A stretch of 64,000 nt of DNA from a virus. Lineage: Duplodnaviria > Caudoviricetes. Both the position numbers and the translations under genes were made by a program. Positions 62,807 through 64,000 of the stretch are shown here, in pieces; the stretch's first letter is position 1; every line of letters starts with the position of its first letter. The notes under the pieces are model-generated. The model searched no databases. It was not told where the DNA came from and saw nothing but the letters and a program-made list of their open reading frames with translations. The stretch is taken from IMG/VR virus record IMGVR_UViG_2808606549_000001, positions 32,001 through 96,000 of that record, one strand, 5' to 3'.

Positions 62807-63037
62807 ATGGAGCAAGACACTTATCGGGTTTATGGAGAAATCCGCATACCTCTTTGCTTCGAAACAAAGGGAGCATCTAATCAAGATGTTCTCCAAAAAA
62901 CAATCGAGAAGTTTTCTAGGCGCTCCGTTCTTGTATTGGATGGGGATCTGCATATGGCTAACGGAAAATCACATCCATTACTTGCAGACAGCATTTATAT
63001 TCAATGGTTCGAGGCCACAGACAAAGAAGATATGTAA
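62807..63037 (+). CDS. Small putatively SOS-inducible protein (76 aa)
   Basis: RBS AGGAG, ATG 62807, terminator hairpin AAGGCATGTCA...TGACATGCCTT at about 63045-63079. Confidence 0.7.
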   Translation: MEQDTYRVYGEIRIPLCFETKGASNQDVLQKTIEKFSRRSVLVLDGDLHMANGKSHPLLADSIYIQWFEATDKEDM

Positions 63038-63412
63038 TGGATTCAAGGCATGTCACATCTTATTTATGACATGCCTTTTGTATTATTTATTTCTATATTT
63101 AGTCCACTCACTCAAATCCACGTTCCTGCGAACTTCCTTATTTGTCTGCTTGTCAAATATCCTCGTATTAGAAGATAAGAATAATGATTCCAGGACGTCA
63201 ACCTTATCATCACACCAACTCGTTTGCTTCCACGTTTCAATTTTCTTGTCTGGATCATAGTGAGTTAATCTCTCGATGCAGTACCTCCGCTCACTTAGTT
63301 TTTTCTTTGTCAATAGTGCCACCTACTCTCAATGTATTATGAATCTCTTGCTGCCTGATATTATGTATATGTAGGTGTATGATCATATTTTATTTATTAT
63401 AATTTGCGGATT

Positions 63413-63593
63413 TTATTTACTTGCAATCAATACTGCTTTGCAGATTGCTTCGGGTGCAGATTTCCCTTCCGCACTAGCAACTAAAGTAATATCGTCACGC
63501 CACAAATTACAAACAATACTGTCCCCGATATATGAAACCTCGATCTCGATAGTTTGGTTTTACATGCTCCAGAACGTCCCATGCTTTGGAAAT
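63413..63593 (-). pseudogene. Frameshifted, 5'-truncated ABA-sandwich gene relic
   Basis: ISKAWDVLE in one frame, ...SAPEAICKAVLIASK* in another; paralog of 32137..32472. Confidence 0.6.
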
Positions 63594-64000
63594 TTATTAA
63601 ACCACTATATCAACTTTCTAATGAATTACCGATTTAGTTTTGTTTACAACTTAATTGCTAAGATCAAGGCAATACATGCTAATTGGACTATAATTGTTGT
63701 AAGAAAGAAATTCGTTCTATTGTTCTTCATTCTGAGTTCTCCTTTCCCGATAAAGTGATTTGATTTACTTAAACGCTGACCTTGTAATACTGAACATATG
63801 CCTCGATAACCTGAACAACCTCGCAGCCAAACTTCTTCAATGGCCTATCGTCCAGTACCAATCCACCAGGATAATTTTGTAGATGTTCAAGGAGACTTTT
63901 TTGATAACAATTAAGATTATAGTTCAATTCATTCTCCGCAAATTTTACAATGTTCATTTTTAAACAATCTCCCTTCCATAAGTTAATTGCTTCTTAATTC

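Larger units (their letters stand above)
1..64000. mobile_element. Segment of an SPbeta-like large temperate phage/prophage (lysis end, replication/nucleotide metabolism, lysogeny control)
   Basis: Endolysin/holin, serine recombinase, DnaE, RNR, primase/helicase, Gp157, YopQ/YopR-like genes; dense co-oriented small ORFs; no host housekeeping synteny. Confidence 0.92.

Noticed and set aside
5270-63758. Numerous + strand ORFs overlapping - strand genes (e.g. 5604, 6411, 10388, 36181, 47490, 58652, 63375)
   Set aside because: Antisense shadows of real genes, with no RBS or recognisable motifs

Overview
The whole 64 kb window is part of a large SPbeta-like temperate phage genome of a Bacillota host. 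Paenibacillus-like is my inference, from the SLH-bearing endolysin and the agrB/LytTR locus. No host chromosome, tRNA, rRNA or CRISPR array is evident. The left end (+ strand) holds the lysis genes and an O-antigen-ligase-like moron. The rest is almost all on the - strand. It carries a DNA ligase, large serine recombinase, RecU, DnaE, SpeD, ThyA, class I RNR (intein in alpha, ATP-cone on beta), primase, helicase, SSB, and YopQ/YopR(MrpR)-like lysogeny genes, interleaved with long runs of tiny accessory ORFs. Two signals stand out. (1) About 50 copies of an 18-bp inverted-repeat site, ATGAAA-N6-TTT(T/C)AT, mark the junctions between accessory ORFs. In at least 19 tracked ORFs the stop codon falls at exactly the same position in the arm. 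The sites are absent from core modules, giving an integron-like gene-cassette architecture. (2) A kinase-less agr-like operon (AgrB protease, membrane protein, unannotated 33-aa pro-peptide, stand-alone LytTR regulator) lies directly after the master-repressor genes and is a candidate non-arbitrium phage communication system. LexA boxes, an Acb2/Tad1-like sponge and a candidate sRNA were also seen. All family calls come from motif recognition by eye, not database searches.
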